NCBI GenBank assembly: GCA_025963715.1
Contig: JAOQAG010000026.1
Coordinates: forward strand, 80,327-144,326
Reading direction: 5' to 3'
DNA: 64,000 nucleotides
DNA from: Bacteroidota bacterium
GTDB lineage: Bacteria; Bacteroidota; Bacteroidia; 2-12-FULL-35-15
The notes under the pieces were generated by a model. The model was not told the origin of the DNA, made no database searches, and worked only from the letters and a program-made list of their open reading frames with translations. A program made the translations under genes and the position numbers. Every line of letters begins with the position of its first letter. Position 1 is the first letter of the stretch. Below are positions 60,871 to 64,000 of the stretch, piece after piece.

Positions 60871-61271
60871 TCTTCTAACTTTTTGGCGGCCAAAAAGTAA
60901 CAATCCCGCACGTGCGGGACGATCTTGTAATGCAATTTCTTCTTCCGCTAACGCTCAGAAGAACCGCGGTGAATGATCGCCAATTAATTCTCGGTATTGA
61001 TTGGATACATGCGAAAACATTTTTTTGTTTCTGGAATATTCGTCCGGCGATCTTTCCCGCTATTGCTGCACAAGATCAAAAACGTCAACCCGGGTGAACA
61101 TTGTTTTTAATAATGATTGCAGTTCTGCGGGTTTACAGTGCGTGATAACGCACATAAACTAAATGATAAATTTGGACTATGATCAAATCATAACAAAATC
61201 ATAAGTCGCCACAGGCAATCTCTTTGAGCATCATAAAAATCATGTTTGATCTGCGTTCCGATACACAGCAT
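60871..61271 (-). repeat. ~400-nt structured non-coding element, copy 3
   Basis: Diverged tandem copy with compensatory changes in its stems. Confidence 0.9.
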
Positions 61272-61295
61272 GGAACGTTCTTACGGAGATGCAAA

Positions 61296-63416
61296 TTAAA
61301 CGCGGACGCCGATCACAACTACATCGTCGATTTGTTCCAATCCGCCTTTCCAGGTATCGAATGCATTTTCGATGACGTTGCGTTGTTCTTCAACCGGGAG
61401 CTGAGCTACATCCAGCAGCAATTCTTTGAGCTTGTTGTATTTGAATTTTTTCCCTTTGGAACCGCCAAACTGATCGGCATAACCATCGCTGTATAAATAA
61501 ATGCAATCGCCTTTTTGAAGCTGAATGGTGTGGTTGGTGTATTCATCCACTTTGTCATCAATGTTGACCCCGATCGGAAATTTATCGGCTTTTATTTCTT
61601 TTAAAATTCCATTGCTTACATAATACAAGGAATTAAATGCACCTGCATATTGCAGCTCTAATGTTTTTTTGTTGAGTGAACAAAGCGAAAGATCCATTCC
61701 GTCCTTCACTCCTTTTCCTTCTTCCGACTGGCGCAATGTTTTGGTAACGCCTGCATCAAGGTGTTTTAAGATCTCGGATGGTTTTACCAAATTGACTTCA
61801 TTGATGGCTTGTGTCAATAAATTAAACCCGACCACACTCATTAAGGCTCCGGGTACACCGTGGCCGGTACAATCAACGGCGGCAAAACATACGATGTCGT
61901 TTTTTTGTTCGATCCAGTAAAAATCGCCGCTGACAATATCCTTTGGCCGGTAAAAAATAAAGCTGTCGGGTAATAATTTATTCCATGTTTCAGTTGGCGG
62001 AAGAATGGATTCCTGGATGCGTTTCGCGTAATTAATACTGTCGGTGATCTCTTTTTTCTGTTGCGTGATCTCGGTATTGCGATGCTCCAGTAACTGATTT
62101 GTTTTTTGCTTTAAGCGGGAACGGTTGTAAAACAAAATAGCGATCGCGAAGATCAATAAAATGGCAATACCCAATACACTCATCCACAATTTAAATTCAG
62201 TACGGTTTTTTGTGATCTGCAACGACTGGATCTCTCCATTTTTATTCAGTAATTCAATTTCCTTTTGTTTTTTATCACTTTCGTATTTTGTTTGCATTTC
62301 ATTCAGCTGCTGTGAAGTTGCCACATTGAGGATCGAATCTTTTACCTGGATCAGCAGGTTTTGATATTCGTATGCTTTTTCATAATTTTTTTGTGCGGCA
62401 TAGATCAATGCCAGCGCTTCGTAGCCATTCCTGATCAGGTCTTTTGTACCCATCTTCTTAGACATCTCCAGCGCCTTGTTGATATTCTCGATTCCCTGCG
62501 CGTATAATTTGCGGTTGTAATAATTTGTACCCAGACTGTAAAGACTGATGCACAAATTATAATTATCTTTCATGTTCTCTCTCAGCTTCAGCGCTTCTAC
62601 AAAATAAGGAAATGCCTTATCGTAAAGATGCTCCGCTTCGTACACATTACCAATGTTATTTAATGTAAGCGATTCTCCGGTAATGTCATTATTCGCTTTT
62701 CTTACTTCGAGCGCTTTTGAATAATATTCCAAACTTTTTTCATAATCGCCTTTGAGCTTGTACACCATGGCAATGTTGTGCAGCGAATTTCCAACACCTT
62801 TTTTATTACCTACTTCTTCCTTTATTTTCATGGAACGATTGTAATACTCAAGCGCCTGATCGTACTGGTTTAAATTTTTATAGATCAGTCCTACATTGTT
62901 CAATGTGCTCGCGAGCTGCCATTTATTTCCGCCCGCTTCTTCGGAAAGTTTCAGGGCTTTGAGATAATAACCAAGCGCTTTCTGATAATCCGCTCTGTCG
63001 TCGTAAACTAAGCCAATGTTGTTAAGCGTTTTTGCTAATTTTTCTTTGTTGTGCGTTTTTGTTGCCAGGTCAAATGATTTTGCATATAGTGCTAACGCCT
63101 GATCATAATGCGCCTGGTAATATTGTGCAAGCCCAAGCAGCAGGTACGAGCTCATTTCTTCGACTGTATCATTTAATTTGATGGCCTGGCCCAGGGCCTG
63201 GTTTGCATATTGTGTTGCTTTATCGGGAGCATCGGAAGTATACTCGGATGCGATCACATTGAGGATGCGGATACGTGTGGTATCAACGGTAACAGTAGGT
63301 AATAATTTTTGGAGGCTGTCGATTATTTTATCTGACTTTTGCGCAGCGGAAGGTGTGCTCCAAAGAAGAACCGTGCAAATAAAAAATAATAAATAGTTGT
63401 ATTTATTCCGCATCAT
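61296..63416 (-). CDS. TPR-repeat / TM / SpoIIE (PP2C, RsbU-like) phosphatase
   Basis: Signal peptide, TPRs (TLNNIGLVY) and a TM helix. Motifs PKDIVSGDFYW, DCTGHGVPGA, DGMD, SDGYADQFGG and QIDD. Confidence 0.92.
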   Translation of the reverse strand: MMRNKYNYLLFFICTVLLWSTPSAAQKSDKIIDSLQKLLPTVTVDTTRIRILNVIASEYTSDAPDKATQYANQALGQAIKLNDTVEEMSSYLLLGLAQYYQAHYDQALALYAKSFDLATKTHNKEKLAKTLNNIGLVYDDRADYQKALGYYLKALKLSEEAGGNKWQLASTLNNVGLIYKNLNQYDQALEYYNRSMKIKEEVGNKKGVGNSLHNIAMVYKLKGDYEKSLEYYSKALEVRKANNDITGESLTLNNIGNVYEAEHLYDKAFPYFVEALKLRENMKDNYNLCISLYSLGTNYYNRKLYAQGIENINKALEMSKKMGTKDLIRNGYEALALIYAAQKNYEKAYEYQNLLIQVKDSILNVATSQQLNEMQTKYESDKKQKEIELLNKNGEIQSLQITKNRTEFKLWMSVLGIAILLIFAIAILFYNRSRLKQKTNQLLEHRNTEITQQKKEITDSINYAKRIQESILPPTETWNKLLPDSFIFYRPKDIVSGDFYWIEQKNDIVCFAAVDCTGHGVPGALMSVVGFNLLTQAINEVNLVKPSEILKHLDAGVTKTLRQSEEGKGVKDGMDLSLCSLNKKTLELQYAGAFNSLYYVSNGILKEIKADKFPIGVNIDDKVDEYTNHTIQLQKGDCIYLYSDGYADQFGGSKGKKFKYNKLKELLLDVAQLPVEEQRNVIENAFDTWKGGLEQIDDVVVIGVRV

Positions 63417-64000
63417 ATTTTTATTCCTATTACTAAAATATCATCTACCTGCTCTGCATTTCCCTGCCATTTTTCGATCGCCGTTTTTAATGTATCGCCT
63501 TGTTGCTCCATTGGCTGATCCTGAATTTGCATGAGCAAGTCCTGGAAACGTTTTACCATGAATTTTTTTCCTTTTTCACCGCCAAACTGATCGGCATAAC
63601 CATCGGTTGACATATAAATACAATCACCTTTGAGTATTTTAATTTCGTTATTAATAAATTTCCGTTCCGATTCCTGATCGCCTCCGATCGGTGATTTCGT
63701 TGGCTTGATCTCCTCCAGCACATTATTCCTGACAAGGTACAAGGGCCGGTTGGCACCTGCAAATTCCAGGATCCCGTTTGGCAGGTCAATCGAGCAAAGC
63801 GCAATATCCATCCCGTCATGTGTTTCTGTTTGTTCAAGATCCTGCTTTAACGATTGACGTACACGTTCGTGTAACAAATTTAATACATCTGATGGTTTCC
63901 TGATGCCTTTTTCGTTCACAATTTCATTCAAAATCGTGTTTCCGATCATGCTCATAAAAGCTCCGGGTACACCGTGACCGGTACAATCCACGCAGGCAAT
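63413..64000 (-). CDS. SpoIIE (PP2C) phosphatase domain protein, C-terminal part (5' truncated by the window edge)
   Basis: Motifs VDCTGHGVPGAFMS, DGMD, TDGYADQFGG and QVDDILVIG. Stop overlaps the next start (ATGA). Confidence 0.9.
   Translation of the reverse strand: MACVDCTGHGVPGAFMSMIGNTILNEIVNEKGIRKPSDVLNLLHERVRQSLKQDLEQTETHDGMDIALCSIDLPNGILEFAGANRPLYLVRNNVLEEIKPTKSPIGGDQESERKFINNEIKILKGDCIYMSTDGYADQFGGEKGKKFMVKRFQDLLMQIQDQPMEQQGDTLKTAIEKWQGNAEQVDDILVIGIKI

Noticed and set aside
60449..61271. Tandem repeat as a CRISPR array or IS element
   Set aside because: The unit is ~400 nt with only two diverged copies. There are no cas or transposase genes, and I see no terminal inverted repeats or target duplication.
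60205..61496. ORFs 60205-60606, 60912-61097 and 61224-61496
   Set aside because: They overlap the structured repeats or lie antisense to a real gene, and have no protein features.
1..64000. tRNA, rRNA, known riboswitches, prophage or defence genes
   Set aside because: None recognised by eye. tRNAscan-SE and Rfam cmscan would be needed to exclude them formally.

Overview
This window is aerobic Bacteroidota chromosomal DNA. The assignment rests on TAnnTTTG promoters, type IX secretion (T9SS) components and cargo, an alternative complex III (ACIII) plus aa3 oxidase operon, and a homodimeric GlyRS. About 43 CDS are recognisable. In order: hrpB (3' part), an M16B peptidase pair, an ECF sigma/anti-sigma pair with a PorP/SprF gene, glyQS, a T9SS-CTD protein followed by two collagen-like fibre proteins with different tips, nrdB-nrdA, an unlisted 56-aa DUF3606-like ORF, rlmF, an AlkZ-like glycosylase, a 1186-aa outer-membrane protein, xth, rimP-nusA-infB, actABCDEF-coxB-coxA, and three SpoIIE phosphatases (two with visible TPR arrays, one of them frameshifted) around a type-B T9SS adhesin. 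I recognised no rRNA, tRNA, CRISPR array or transposase. The intergenic DNA is crowded with at least 8 families of palindromic or low-complexity repeats. The most striking item is a ~400-nt non-coding element in three diverged copies (1028-1455, and a tandem pair at 60449-60844 and 60871-61271). Its long-range stems are kept by compensatory substitutions, and every copy has the same orientation relative to the flanking genes. Also notable: 23-36-nt palindromes inserted into other repeats (filled and empty sites both visible), an ACACAG hexamer at the borders of unrelated repeats, a candidate ECF/T9SS regulon motif, a promoter-rich sRNA-like islet after nrdA, and the candidate anchor-plus-variable-tip fibre system. 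All product calls come from manual motif recognition, not database searches.
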